A stretch of DNA of 32,226 bases from Candidatus Micrarchaeota archaeon (GCA_027332905.1 DAHXGO010000001.1:1-32226), one strand, 5' to 3'; positions 1 to 8,637 are shown, counted from the first letter of the stretch. Notes: a model not told the origin generated them from the letters alone. Numbers and translations are program-made.

Positions 1-212
1 AAGTGGCTGTCTATATGGACCTCCCTATAGTTTTTCATATCACTTCTAAGCGGTTTAAATCTGTGCGGATCATCTAAAATTTGAATTAGTTTCTTGCGAA
101 TAATGTACAGGTGCTTGCGATTTTTCTTTGCCATTTTAGAAAATAGTTTATCCATATATTCATTCTTTTCTAATGCATAAGCCTGCATGATAGCACGTCG
201 TATTATAATCAC
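1..212 (-). CDS. RelE/ParE-family toxin, partial (3' end runs off the window)
   Basis: Minus-strand frame is open to the window edge. Translation is (V)IIIRRAIMQAYALEKNEYMDKLFSKMAKKNRKHLYIIRKKLIQILDDPHRFKPLRSDMKNYREVHIDSH..., which fits the RelE/ParE pattern (helical N-part, then DP..FKPL+.D..+Y+ strand region). GTG at 212 overlaps the upstream antitoxin stop (GTGA); an alternative ATG is at 188. Confidence 0.6.
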   Translation of the reverse strand, partial: MIIIRRAIMQAYALEKNEYMDKLFSKMAKKNRKHLYIIRKKLIQILDDPHRFKPLRSDMKNYREVHIDSH

Positions 213-451
213 TTAAGCCCATACATTTTATCGAAGTCTTCTATAGTGCCTATTCTTGTAGTTCGTTGTTTTTCTAGTGCTTTTAACCTTTTTAGATAAG
301 AGGGTTTAATTTTGGGTTCAAAAACTAGTTGCTCATATTCTTTAGCTAGCCTGTCTATTGCTTGGGACTTATCTTTCAGGCCAAACTCTGCCTTAATTAT
401 GCCCAGCACTCTATTAGCATTGTCACTTATATCTATTATTGCCTTAACCAT
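209..451 (-). CDS. Small antitoxin-like protein paired with the RelE-like toxin (resembles archaeal DUF2683-type proteins)
   Basis: 80-aa ORF MVKAIIDISDNANRVLGIIKAEFGLKDKSQAIDRLAKEYEQ.... It sits immediately upstream of the RelE-like ORF and overlaps it by 4 nt. The DUF2683 resemblance is from memory, not a search. Confidence 0.55.
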   Translation of the reverse strand: MVKAIIDISDNANRVLGIIKAEFGLKDKSQAIDRLAKEYEQLVFEPKIKPSYLKRLKALEKQRTTRIGTIEDFDKMYGLK

Positions 452-480
452 ATTAACACCATATTAATATAAGATTAACA
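452..480. promoter_or_regulatory. Putative operator/promoter of the RelE-type TA pair
   Basis: ATTAACA occurs at 452-458 and 474-480, flanking a perfect 10-bp palindrome ATATTAATAT (461-470). The element lies directly upstream of the antitoxin ATG (451, minus strand). Confidence 0.3.
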
Positions 481-491
481 AATATAAAAAC

Positions 492-707
492 CTATGCGCT
501 CAAGCGGCTTTGTAGTTTAATTGTTTTCTGTAGTTTTATTCTGGCAATGTGAGATAATGAGATACAAATGCGATGCATGTAGTCAGCGTATTTGTTGAAA
601 CCGCTACGATGGCCTTCAATACGCATCTCTATTATATTTTTCCCGTCTGCTTTTCTTGCAAGGCGAATAACTACATTGATCGTAGTAATGCCTTTAGGAG
701 AAGCCAT
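492..707 (-). pseudogene. Possible C-terminal remnant of a tyrosine recombinase/integrase abutting tRNA-Asp
   Basis: 71-aa ORF starting 10 nt after the tRNA-Asp 3' end. The segment RLARKADGKNIIEMRIEGHRSGFNKYADYMH resembles integrase box II (A..G.....I...LGH.s......Y.H). No convincing upstream R or H-x-x-R residues are visible. The frame stays open upstream through the tRNA to 773. Confidence 0.25.
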
Positions 708-716
708 AAAAGAAAG

Positions 717-788
717 CGCCTTGGCCGGGATTCGAACCCGAGTCGCAACCGTGACAGGGTCGTATGCTAACCACTACACCACCAAGGC
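717..788 (-). tRNA. tRNA-Asp (GTC)
   Basis: Minus strand GCCTTGGTGGTGTAGTGGTTAGCATACGACCCTGTCACGGTTGCGACTCGGGTTCGAATCCCGGCCAAGGCG. It has a 7-bp acceptor GCCTTGG/CCAAGGC, anticodon stem CGACC/GGTTG with loop CT-GTC-AC, and T-arm TCGGG-TTCGAAT-CCCGG. Length is 72 nt; no CCA is encoded. Confidence 0.9.
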
Positions 789-858
789 AAATAAAGCATA
801 ATACTTACTGCTTCATGTTTTATATATTTTTGCAAATAGCTGGCTGCTTAGTTTTCTT

Positions 859-963
859 TCCCGTTGGGGCGAGTCGAACGCCCAACCTGCCGGTTTCCCT
901 CAAATCACCCGATATGAGGCAATCAGACTACAGCCGGCCGCTCTGCCATTGAGCTACAACGGG
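859..963 (-). tRNA. tRNA-Tyr (GTA) with a 33-nt intron at the canonical 37/38 position (intron about 895-927)
   Basis: Minus strand CCCGTTGTAGCTCAATGGCAGAGCGGCCGGCTGTAG[TCTGATTGCCTCATATCGGGTGATTTGAGGGAA]ACCGGCAGGTTGGGCGTTCGACTCGCCCCAACGGGA. Elements: acceptor CCCGTTG/CAACGGG with the C1:G72 pair typical of archaeal/eukaryal tRNA-Tyr, D-arm GCTC/GAGC, anticodon stem GCCGG/CCGGC, T-arm GGGCG/CGCCC. The intron forms an internal hairpin CCTCATATC-GGGT-GATTTGAGG. Confidence 0.85.
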
Positions 964-1041
964 TATTGTAGGCTTACTTAAAATGTTAGTGAAAGAACAA
1001 ATATATAGTTATCCGTGGTTATTCCATTAGGCTAACCAGCA

Positions 1042-1049
1042 TTTAAATA
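1042..1049 (+). promoter_or_regulatory. Putative TATA box for the membrane AAA+ gene
   Basis: TTTAAATA lies about 37-44 nt upstream of the ATG at 1086. This would give a short leader. Confidence 0.3.
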
Positions 1050-1085
1050 CTTAAAAGGCTAAACCCTATAAGAGTTATTTGTCAA

Positions 1086-3869
1086 ATGCGCAAAGGATAC
1101 GATTGTATGCAATTTTCTGGAAATAGTAAGGGCAAAAATCCTAGGAATGCAAGGACGCTTGGCATAATAAGAAAAAGGCACAGGTTGCCCATATCAGCAT
1201 ACATAATCAATGATAGGATATTGCGGCTTGGATCTAGGCCAGGTTTCCTCGATGCGCTGCTTGCCGCTTTCGCATTCGTTGCTTTGGCTTTGGCATTCCC
1301 ATTTTATCCAGTACTGCTATTGATACCTTTAGTAATAGCGATTTTCTTCGCCGGCATAAAGCATCCGTTTCTTGGATTGCTCGTATTTATGCTCTTTGCA
1401 TTTCCCATATTTGTGTACCAGATGCCGCCCATAGCACTAATATTCCTGTTTATACTGAGCTTTTCGCTGATATATGGCTATATGCATTACAGGATGATAA
1501 TATTTGCTTATATAATGCTCGCGTTGGGATTCACGCCGCTCGGATATATATTTGAAGTGCCTTTCATGATATTGACACCCCTAATGATAGGGTTTAAACG
1601 CGCTGCACTGGTATATATAGTCGTCATATTAGGCATAGCGGCATTTTCTGGCACCATAGGGTTGCAGAATTATGGATATATAGTTTATTCAGCTTCTGCA
1701 GCGCATGCGCCGATTGCAAATAACAGTGTTATCCATTACATCGAACCGAATAGACCGATTTTAATGATAAGCACTTTCAGCAAAGGAGTTTCAGACGCGT
1801 ATTTCAGGTTTGTAAACGGAACAGTGCTAAACAGCATACCTGAAGTGCTAGGAATGCTTTTCCAAAGCATGATAGAGCAGCCGTTGTACCTGATACAGAT
1901 CATTGTAGCAATCGTAACCGGGTTCCTGATAGAATTTTTTGCAGTCAGCAACAGATCAAGGTATCGGGGCACCATGGCAGGAATGTTTGGCATAGCTTTT
2001 CCGATATCATATATTGCATTATCGTACATATCCAAAGCGGAATTCGCCAATTACATGCTGCCATTAATGAGCTTCGCCATAGCAATAGCAAGCATATCGC
2101 TCCTGGAGCTGTACAACTTTAAGGTGGTAAAGGCATTAGATGTGCGCAAACAGGATATAAGAATGAAATTTGGAGAGGCCTTTGAGGATCTTGAGAGCGG
2201 CAATACTGATGAAACCTTCGACGACATAGGCAACTATGAAAACGTCAAGAAGGAACTTAGGGATTCCATCATATCCCCGATAGAACGACGGGGAGTCTCT
2301 AGGGCTTACAATTTAAAGATGATAAAGGGCATACTGTTTTTCGGGCCTCCCGGGACAGGCAAGACGATGATGATGAGGGCGCTGGCTAACGAGATACATG
2401 CGGGATTCTTTTATGTCAAAGCTTCTGCCCTCATGTCTGCATACTCCGGGGAATCCGAGAAGCTTGTAACTAACATATTCACAGTGGCCAAAAAACATAC
2501 GCCATGCGTGCTATTTATGGATGAGATAGACTACATCGCTTATAATAGGGAGGCACAGACAGATGACGTGCACAAACATGCCCTTACGCAGCTGCTTAGC
2601 GAAATGGACGGTTTCGAAAAGCTTGATGATGTAGTCATCGTGGGTGCTACAAACGTGCCCAATGTGCTCGATCAGGCGATACTAAGGCCGGGAAGGTTCG
2701 ACAAGATAGTTTATATGCAACTCCCAGACGCAAACGCAAGGAAGATAATTTTTAGCATATACCTCAAGACCATGCCTTTGTCGGATGATATCGACCTTGA
2801 CGAGATATCTAAGCATACTGAGAGGTATTCTGGCGCAGACATACGCGCAGTATGTGATAGCATAGCGCAGATGGTTGCACAAGAGGCAGTTGCACAGCAT
2901 AAAATATTGGAGATATCGCAGAAGGATATATTGAAGATCGTTGATAAGACCAAGCCGTCCACATCGCTCTCTCAATTGGACCAGTACAATATGTTCAAGG
3001 TAGAATATGAAAGGCTAAGGAAGGGAACATCGGATACCCGGGATGATAATTCGGAAAAACTTGACTTCAGCAACGTAATAGGGCTGGACGACGCAAAGAA
3101 GGCGATAGTAGAAGCGATACAGATACCCCTTATGCATCCAGACCTGCTGCAGAAGTACGATATAAAGACTATAAACGGGTTGCTGCTTTTTGGGCCTCCC
3201 GGAACAGGCAAGACGATGCTCATGAATGCTGTTACACAGGAGCTTAATGGGGTTACTATGCTACAGCTTGACGGCACTTCTATACAGGAATATGGCGCAA
3301 ACAAGGCGAACAATACGATTAAGGAGCTCTTTTACACTGCATTGGAGAACAAGCCATCCATAATATTCATAGATGAAATAGACGGTATAATAAGGAAAAG
3401 GGAAGGGGCGAGCGAGGCGAGCGTGCAGATCACTACAGAGCTTCTAGCCCAGATGGACGGGATAAAAAAGACTTCGGGAGTAGTCATAGTTGCAGCTACG
3501 AACAGGCCGGAGATGCTGGATCCGGCAATATTGAGGCCGGGAAGGTTCGACAAGATAATATTTGTTAAGCCACCGAACGCATCGCAGAGGGCAGCGCTAT
3601 TCAAGGAATACCTTAGCAGTGTGCCTGGCGTTGACGACTTGAATTACGACGCATTGGGCAAGGTCACTTCAGGGTATACTGGCGCAGACATATCAAACAT
3701 ATGCAGGGAGGCGAAGATGCAGGCAATTGAGGAGAATATGCAGACAGGCAAGGAAGCAGGCATAAGCATGGATATGCTCAATAAGCTCATAACTAGGATA
3801 AAGCCTTCTGCGCCTGACGCCATAATGGGAGGATATCTTGCATTCATGACGAAATATGGGCAGAGATGA
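1086..3869 (+). CDS. Membrane-anchored CDC48/VCP-like double AAA+ ATPase: polytopic N-terminal domain followed by D1 and D2
   Basis: 927 aa. The first ~350 aa contain about ten hydrophobic helices (e.g. LLAAFAFVALALAFPFYPVLLLIPLVIAIFFAGI, LYLIQIIVAIVTGFLIEFFAV). Two complete classical AAA modules follow. D1 has GPPGTGKT, FMDEID and RPGRFD. D2 has GPPGTGKT, FIDEID and RPGRFD. Confidence 0.85.
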   Translation: MRKGYDCMQFSGNSKGKNPRNARTLGIIRKRHRLPISAYIINDRILRLGSRPGFLDALLAAFAFVALALAFPFYPVLLLIPLVIAIFFAGIKHPFLGLLVFMLFAFPIFVYQMPPIALIFLFILSFSLIYGYMHYRMIIFAYIMLALGFTPLGYIFEVPFMILTPLMIGFKRAALVYIVVILGIAAFSGTIGLQNYGYIVYSASAAHAPIANNSVIHYIEPNRPILMISTFSKGVSDAYFRFVNGTVLNSIPEVLGMLFQSMIEQPLYLIQIIVAIVTGFLIEFFAVSNRSRYRGTMAGMFGIAFPISYIALSYISKAEFANYMLPLMSFAIAIASISLLELYNFKVVKALDVRKQDIRMKFGEAFEDLESGNTDETFDDIGNYENVKKELRDSIISPIERRGVSRAYNLKMIKGILFFGPPGTGKTMMMRALANEIHAGFFYVKASALMSAYSGESEKLVTNIFTVAKKHTPCVLFMDEIDYIAYNREAQTDDVHKHALTQLLSEMDGFEKLDDVVIVGATNVPNVLDQAILRPGRFDKIVYMQLPDANARKIIFSIYLKTMPLSDDIDLDEISKHTERYSGADIRAVCDSIAQMVAQEAVAQHKILEISQKDILKIVDKTKPSTSLSQLDQYNMFKVEYERLRKGTSDTRDDNSEKLDFSNVIGLDDAKKAIVEAIQIPLMHPDLLQKYDIKTINGLLLFGPPGTGKTMLMNAVTQELNGVTMLQLDGTSIQEYGANKANNTIKELFYTALENKPSIIFIDEIDGIIRKREGASEASVQITTELLAQMDGIKKTSGVVIVAATNRPEMLDPAILRPGRFDKIIFVKPPNASQRAALFKEYLSSVPGVDDLNYDALGKVTSGYTGADISNICREAKMQAIEENMQTGKEAGISMDMLNKLITRIKPSAPDAIMGGYLAFMTKYGQR

Positions 3870-4076
3870 CGTGCGCGGCATCGCCCATTGCTTGAATCAT
3901 GTTCCGAAGATATTCCGATGCATGTACTTGAAGAATCGCTTGCTTGCATTTTCAGATTGCTTCGCATATGAAAAGCACATAAAGCGTGCCGTAAAATCAG
4001 CTTTTCAAAATAGGAATAAATATATATTTAATATAAGCAATGTTGTAGTATTCATATTTTGTTTAATGGTGTTGGG

Positions 4077-4394
4077 ATGGAAAATGAGCTTGATTTAGAT
4101 AATGCATTGAAGAAGATAAATGAGAAGGGGACCAAGCTGGTCTGGCTCGGCATAGAGCCCACAGCTTATATAAGCAAATTGCTCGATATAGATTCTAAAG
4201 ACATCAGAAAGATAACGCCAGAAGAAATAATATATTCAGGCAAGGATGACCTTAAAAAGCTTGAAGAACATGTTTTTGTGTGTTACCACGGCAGCACATC
4301 CGGATTTCTCGTAGATTACCTCAAAAAGACGCACCAGATAAACGGTTATAATCTTAAGGGGGGCGTTACATCAATTGTTGGGGAAATATTCTGA
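4077..4394 (+). CDS. Single-domain rhodanese-like sulfurtransferase
   Basis: Active-site loop VCYHGSTSG followed by YNLKGG. The ATG at 4077 (MENELD...) is preferred over the TTG at 4059, with GGTG just upstream. Confidence 0.7.
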   Translation: MENELDLDNALKKINEKGTKLVWLGIEPTAYISKLLDIDSKDIRKITPEEIIYSGKDDLKKLEEHVFVCYHGSTSGFLVDYLKKTHQINGYNLKGGVTSIVGEIF

Positions 4395-4454
4395 CGCTGA
4401 GCTAATACTAAGTGCATAGATTTTATAAAGAAGCGCATTAAATGCCTGCGCGCG

Positions 4455-4646
4455 TCATTCCTTTACATTTAGGGCAAATACGCCATTGAGCTTGAGGTCA
4501 AGTTTCTTGGCTATTTCAGATTTTTCCAGGTTAAGTATAATTACGTAGCCGCCCCAACGTGAAGTCAAATCAGTAGAGCCGCATATGGGGCATTTGGCTC
4601 CATGGCTTATTATTATTTTGCAACTTTTACATACTTTTTCTTCCAT
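4455..4646 (-). CDS. spt4: Transcription elongation factor Spt4 (RpoE'')
   Basis: 63 aa, MEEKVCKSCKIIISHGAKCPICGSTDLTSRWGGYVIILN..., with a Cys4 zinc ribbon (CxxC...CxxC). It lies directly downstream of rpoE', the conserved archaeal order. The 91-aa track ORF is an N-terminal over-extension that overlaps rpoE'. Confidence 0.85.
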   Translation of the reverse strand: MEEKVCKSCKIIISHGAKCPICGSTDLTSRWGGYVIILNLEKSEIAKKLDLKLNGVFALNVKE

Positions 4647-4656
4647 AATGAAACAC

Positions 4657-5256
4657 CTATTTCGCGGTTTTGCCGCTTTGCTTTGCCTTGCCCCTCTTTG
4701 ATTGGCCCTGTTGCCTCTGCTCCTTGCCATAGTTTTGTATCCATTCTATTTTGCCCAATCCTTCTGGCTTCATTGTAAGCGCTATTTTTGAATCCTTTAT
4801 TGACTTCTTGATGCTTACCGTCGATATCTTTGCATACACTATATCGCCCTTCTTTATGCTCTTATTAGACCTCTTAGATACGAATGCAGGCATCTTCCTG
4901 TCGAATGAGAGGAATACGTTGGTTATCTGTGAAACATGCACAAGACCGTCCATCGGGCCTATTCTTACAAAAGCCCCGAATTCGACCAATTCGCTAACGA
5001 ACCCCGTCACTACCTCTTCGACTTGCGGGGTATATGTAAGCATATCGAATTCTACGCTATGATGCGTTGCAGGATCTCCTGGATATATGAGCCCATCTGA
5101 GATATTCCGTATATTGAATACCGACAGCACAAGCCCCATGCTCGAGTCCATCACGCTTTCATACTTATTTTCAAGGACTTCCGTTGCGACTTTTTCTATT
5201 TCATCGCCAAAATATTCTGGAGGCATTTTGAAAGTGTCTTTTACTGTATAAATCAT
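4657..5256 (-). CDS. rpoE: DNA-directed RNA polymerase subunit E' (Rpo7) with S1 domain
   Basis: MIYTVKDTFKMPPEYFG... N-terminal domain plus an S1 fold (VTGFVSELVEFGAFVRIGPMDGLVHVSQI). AGGTGA lies upstream of the ATG at 5256. There is a basic C-terminal tail. Confidence 0.9.
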   Translation of the reverse strand: MIYTVKDTFKMPPEYFGDEIEKVATEVLENKYESVMDSSMGLVLSVFNIRNISDGLIYPGDPATHHSVEFDMLTYTPQVEEVVTGFVSELVEFGAFVRIGPMDGLVHVSQITNVFLSFDRKMPAFVSKRSNKSIKKGDIVYAKISTVSIKKSIKDSKIALTMKPEGLGKIEWIQNYGKEQRQQGQSKRGKAKQSGKTAK

Positions 5257-5276
5257 GTACACGCATTTCACCTAAA

Positions 5277-5669
5277 TTATCTTAATTCACCGCTTTTTGA
5301 AAGCTTCTTCGCTTCTATGCCCTTTGATTTTAGATTTTTAAATAACTTTGTATCATTAGTTATCACCAAAGAATCTGCATTCTTTGAAGCAGCATCTAAT
5401 ATCCAGGAATCAACGTATTCTGTCTTATTATCAACTTTAAGATTTTTATGTCTTAGTATTTTTAATGCAATCTTTGCTTCATTGGCTTTCGTGCCTTTAT
5501 ACGATGCTATCTTTTCCAATTCGGATATTATGCCATCCGATATCAATTGCTTGCGGAGTGGGTATTTTTCACTTACAATCTTAAAAACGTCCTTCTTGTA
5601 TTTTATGCCAAAAAGTATCGCACTAGTATCTATTATAGCATATGCCAATGGAACACCAGGGTATAACAT
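5277..5669 (-). CDS. PIN-domain protein (Fcf1/Utp24-like, COG1412 type) conserved upstream of rpoE'
   Basis: MLYPGVPLAYAIIDTSAILFG...VITNDTKLFKNLKSKGI carries PIN acidic residues (IDTS, ...TND). Its position upstream of rpoE'-spt4 matches the conserved archaeal cluster. The longer 186-aa track ORF would overlap the divergent gene, so the start at 5669 is preferred. Confidence 0.75.
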   Translation of the reverse strand: MLYPGVPLAYAIIDTSAILFGIKYKKDVFKIVSEKYPLRKQLISDGIISELEKIASYKGTKANEAKIALKILRHKNLKVDNKTEYVDSWILDAASKNADSLVITNDTKLFKNLKSKGIEAKKLSKSGELR

Positions 5670-5706
5670 TATATATGTTTTTGCATAATTTAAATATTGT
5701 GGTGTG

Positions 5707-6120
5707 ATGGGAGGCATTGACGATATAGCTTTTGATATCTTGACAAGATTCCATGTTATAGCGGTTGTTGGATGCTCAAGAAACGTGGGCAAACCCAGCC
5801 ACGATGTGCCAGAATACCTGCAGCAAAACGGATACAAGATAGTCCCGGTTAACCCATATGCGGATTACATACTCGGAGAAAAGGCATACCCTGCGCTCAA
5901 GAATATAGGGTTTCCAATAGACGTAGTTGACGTGTTCAGGCCTGCATCTGAGGCCATGGATATCGCCAGGCAAGCCCTTGATGTGCATGCAAAGGCACTG
6001 TGGCTTCAAGAAGGCATAATAAACGAAGAGACGGAAAAATTCGCAAAGGACAACGGAATGCTTTTTGTCATGAATAGATGCATGATGAAAGAGCATTATT
6101 CGCATTCTATCAAGCAATGA
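5707..6120 (+). CDS. CoA-binding domain protein (YccU/YneT family)
   Basis: IAVVGCSRNVGKPSHDVPEYLQQNGYKIVPVNP...VDVVDVFRP...ALWLQEG matches the family pattern. Confidence 0.8.
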   Translation: MGGIDDIAFDILTRFHVIAVVGCSRNVGKPSHDVPEYLQQNGYKIVPVNPYADYILGEKAYPALKNIGFPIDVVDVFRPASEAMDIARQALDVHAKALWLQEGIINEETEKFAKDNGMLFVMNRCMMKEHYSHSIKQ

Positions 6121-6135
6121 TTGATTGTTGCTCTG

Positions 6136-6504
6136 CTATTTCATGTCGCGCATCTTTACAATGCGTTTTTCCAATACTTTCCATAACACTACGGCATTGT
6201 TATGCTCTTTGTCGCTAGTTGAATACAACAGCGTTACCGGATCTGCCTTCTGCACTATATCCAATATTTTGTCGAAGCCCTTATTCTCTTTCAATTCCTC
6301 TTTATACTTTTTCTCGAATTCGGGCCATTTCTTCTCTTCGTGGGAATACCATTTCCTAAGCTCCATGCTCGGAGCAACATCCTTTATCCATAGGTCTATA
6401 TTTGATGTGCTGCGCCTTATGCCGCGCGGCCAAAGCCTGTCGACAAGAATTCGAAGCCCATCATGAATATCGGGCTTTTCATAAACCCTCTTTATCTTTA
6501 TCAT
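6136..6504 (-). CDS. DUF488 (YeaO-like) family protein
   Basis: MIKIKRVYEKPDIHDGLRILVDRLWPRGIRR...DLWIKDVAPSMELRKWYSHEEKKWPEF...TLLYSTSDKEHNNAVVL is a near-consensus DUF488 pattern. Confidence 0.8.
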   Translation of the reverse strand: MIKIKRVYEKPDIHDGLRILVDRLWPRGIRRSTSNIDLWIKDVAPSMELRKWYSHEEKKWPEFEKKYKEELKENKGFDKILDIVQKADPVTLLYSTSDKEHNNAVVLWKVLEKRIVKMRDMK

Positions 6505-6667
6505 CTTATCGATTAATGATTGTAAACAAATGTTTTAAAACCTTAGTAAGACTATCGGTATTATTAATGCCTCTGCTGAAATACAGATCAGTAGAAGAAT
6601 ACAGAAAGTATTAAAAAAGCTAATGTAGAATATCTACTAAATGGCGACGTTAAAAATGGTGAATTAA

Positions 6668-7042
6668 ATGGGTCTTTTTGATAAACTGGGTAAAAGCCTT
6701 GGCACTTCTAAGGAACTGGATGTTGAAGAATACATGAACTCTGAAGAGATGGAAGATGTTGATGTCTTGAATGAGCCTGCGGATTTTTACATAAAGCCAG
6801 TTGCGTTAAAGGAAGAAGCAGACATAGCACTCATAGAGGGAGAGCTTGACAAGAAAAACATAATACTGCTCGATATATCGGAGATGTCTAAAAGGCCCAA
6901 CACGCTTAAGTCTTCCATAGGCACATTGAGGGAATACATCACAAAGATAAATGGAGATATTGCACAGATAGACGACAACAAGGTAATATTGACGCCGCAG
7001 AAAGTAAAGATAATAAAAAGAAAGAAGCCGCAAAACAAATAA
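6668..7042 (+). CDS. sepF: Cell division protein SepF (archaeal FtsZ membrane anchor)
   Basis: 124 aa. The N-terminal amphipathic MGLFDKLGKSLG is a membrane-targeting-helix type. An acidic linker is followed by a core with YIKPVALKEEADIALIEGELDKKNIILLDISEM...INGDIAQIDDNKVILTP. GGTGA SD lies 5 nt upstream (6658-6662). Confidence 0.8.
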   Translation: MGLFDKLGKSLGTSKELDVEEYMNSEEMEDVDVLNEPADFYIKPVALKEEADIALIEGELDKKNIILLDISEMSKRPNTLKSSIGTLREYITKINGDIAQIDDNKVILTPQKVKIIKRKKPQNK

Positions 7043-7057
7043 ATGCGGTTTTCATCA

Positions 7058-7759
7058 TTACTTTTCCTTCCTTTTTTCCCTTCCAAAAGCTATTGATATG
7101 GTGCGCAGCTCTTTTTTCGTAGGGCTAGACCTTTTAAGCATGTGCTCGAATGCCAGCGATACTGCAGGCTTGTCGCGTATTTTGTTGTTCTGTGATACAT
7201 ATGCGTCGAATAACTTTTTAACCTGCATTATCTCAGAAGGATCCGCATACAATTTGCATATTTCGTAGTATTCTTTACGAAGCTTGTCGCCCAGCAATGT
7301 ATATAGCATTATTGCCAGGGCATGGGATATGTTAAGAGTATAATAATCCTTTGACGCCTCTATGAATAGTGTTGCATCGCATAACTTGAGCTCATCTTTC
7401 GTAAGTCCTGTGTTGTCGCGCCCTATTACAAGTACGGTATCCTTGGGATAATTCCTTATGAAACGCTTGATCTTTTGCATGCCATAAACGTTGAACATCG
7501 CGCCCTCTGTCTTATGCCAGACTGCAGTAGTTCCTATGGTGAATTTGCCATTTATAGCGGATTTGAAATCCTTGTATACCTTGGCATTTTCTAGTATATG
7601 GTGTGCATGCTTAGAGTATTTTATTGCTTGTTTGCCCTTGAAATTGCATTTTGGATTTACAAGGCCTATGCTGTTTATGCCGAAATTACGGAGCACTCTA
7701 GCAATATATCCAAGGTTTATCTGATACATCGGCTCTACGATTATAACGCTCAATGGCAT
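7058..7759 (-). CDS. SpoU/TrmH-family RNA 2'-O-methyltransferase (TrmJ-like)
   Basis: MPLSVIIVEPMYQINLGYIARVLRNFGINSIGLVNP...VLVIGRDNTGLT...LNISHALAIMLY carries the SPOUT knot motifs. Confidence 0.8.
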   Translation of the reverse strand: MPLSVIIVEPMYQINLGYIARVLRNFGINSIGLVNPKCNFKGKQAIKYSKHAHHILENAKVYKDFKSAINGKFTIGTTAVWHKTEGAMFNVYGMQKIKRFIRNYPKDTVLVIGRDNTGLTKDELKLCDATLFIEASKDYYTLNISHALAIMLYTLLGDKLRKEYYEICKLYADPSEIMQVKKLFDAYVSQNNKIRDKPAVSLAFEHMLKRSSPTKKELRTISIAFGREKRKEK

Positions 7760-7768
7760 GCAAAAACC

Positions 7769-8557
7769 TCATATCCCGCTCAGGAGCAGCAATGCTATAG
7801 TAAGGAAGTTGACCAGCGCATGCCCCAATATGCTCACATACAATGATTTTGTCTTCTTGAATGCATATCCGGCTATCAATCCAAATATAAATGCGGCAGC
7901 CAGCTCTGAAACCGATCCATATCCGAAATGCAATATGGCAAATATTATGGAACTGCCTATTATGCCTATCCTTGGCACAAGGAATCCCCTAAACAGCGTC
8001 TCTTCATTGAAAGGCGCCACAATGAACGTGAAAAGATATAGGTATAACGGCATGCCGGAGAACACGATATTGACGTTAGTTGGAAGGCTGACGTGCGTTA
8101 CCTGCTCAAATATGCTCATGCCAAATTCAAGAGCCAATATGGCCATAAAGACAACTATGCCTAGCCCTATGTTGTGCAGCGTTATCTTATCGCGGCTCAA
8201 TCCTAAGCTTCTTATTATAGGCATCAGCCTGTTGCCCTTTGCGAGCAGGTATGAGAATACTATCAGCGGGAAGAAGAGCGATAAGGCTATGGTCGAATTT
8301 GCAACATAGTTGGCGAATATCCCATAATAGCCATGCATGAAACTTACTGCAACTTGAGCAGCATAAGGAGGAAATGCTAGGGCCTCAGGACCGATAGATA
8401 TAATTATGAAATATATCGACGAAAAGAGCAGAAAATAAAAGAAATACCTGATTCCTGGAAGCTCTTTGGCGCCCCCAACTTTTAGCGGAGATAAGATGTC
8501 TGGAGGCATTGAATTCATTTTTGCTGTTTCCCTATCCATAATTGTGCCAGATGGCAT
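7769..8557 (-). CDS. CPBP (CAAX/Abi) family intramembrane metalloprotease
   Basis: Multi-TM protein with motifs EETLFRGFL, FAILH and HALVNF. The first ATG is at 8557 (MPSGT...). The track ORF start at 8641 is a TTG that overlaps the S27ae stop, so the start is uncertain. Confidence 0.75.
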   Translation of the reverse strand: MPSGTIMDRETAKMNSMPPDILSPLKVGGAKELPGIRYFFYFLLFSSIYFIIISIGPEALAFPPYAAQVAVSFMHGYYGIFANYVANSTIALSLFFPLIVFSYLLAKGNRLMPIIRSLGLSRDKITLHNIGLGIVVFMAILALEFGMSIFEQVTHVSLPTNVNIVFSGMPLYLYLFTFIVAPFNEETLFRGFLVPRIGIIGSSIIFAILHFGYGSVSELAAAFIFGLIAGYAFKKTKSLYVSILGHALVNFLTIALLLLSGI

Positions 8558-8637
8558 TGGAATATAAATCTTCTTTTCCGTTTTGCGCCCTTTAGCAGCT
8601 GCCTTATTTTTATTGGAGGTATTTGACCTTGCCAAGA

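Noticed and set aside
573-952. Plus-strand ORFs of 62-69 aa that overlap the two tRNA genes.
   Set aside because: They run antisense through tRNA-Asp and tRNA-Tyr and have no coding features.
3840-3869. Looked for a C-terminal HbYX proteasome-docking motif on the membrane AAA+.
   Set aside because: The protein ends ...TKYGQR. The Tyr is not penultimate, so no HbYX claim can be made.
1736-3967. Many 60-113-aa ORFs antisense to, or out of frame within, the AAA+ gene.
   Set aside because: They are fully embedded in a strongly supported 927-aa gene. They are shadow ORFs without motifs.
4455-5837. The longer track versions of Spt4 (91 aa) and of the PIN protein (186 aa).
   Set aside because: The N-terminal extensions overlap the neighbouring genes (rpoE' and the divergent CoA-binding gene) and are not part of the conserved domains. 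Internal ATGs at 4646 and 5669 give canonical-length proteins.
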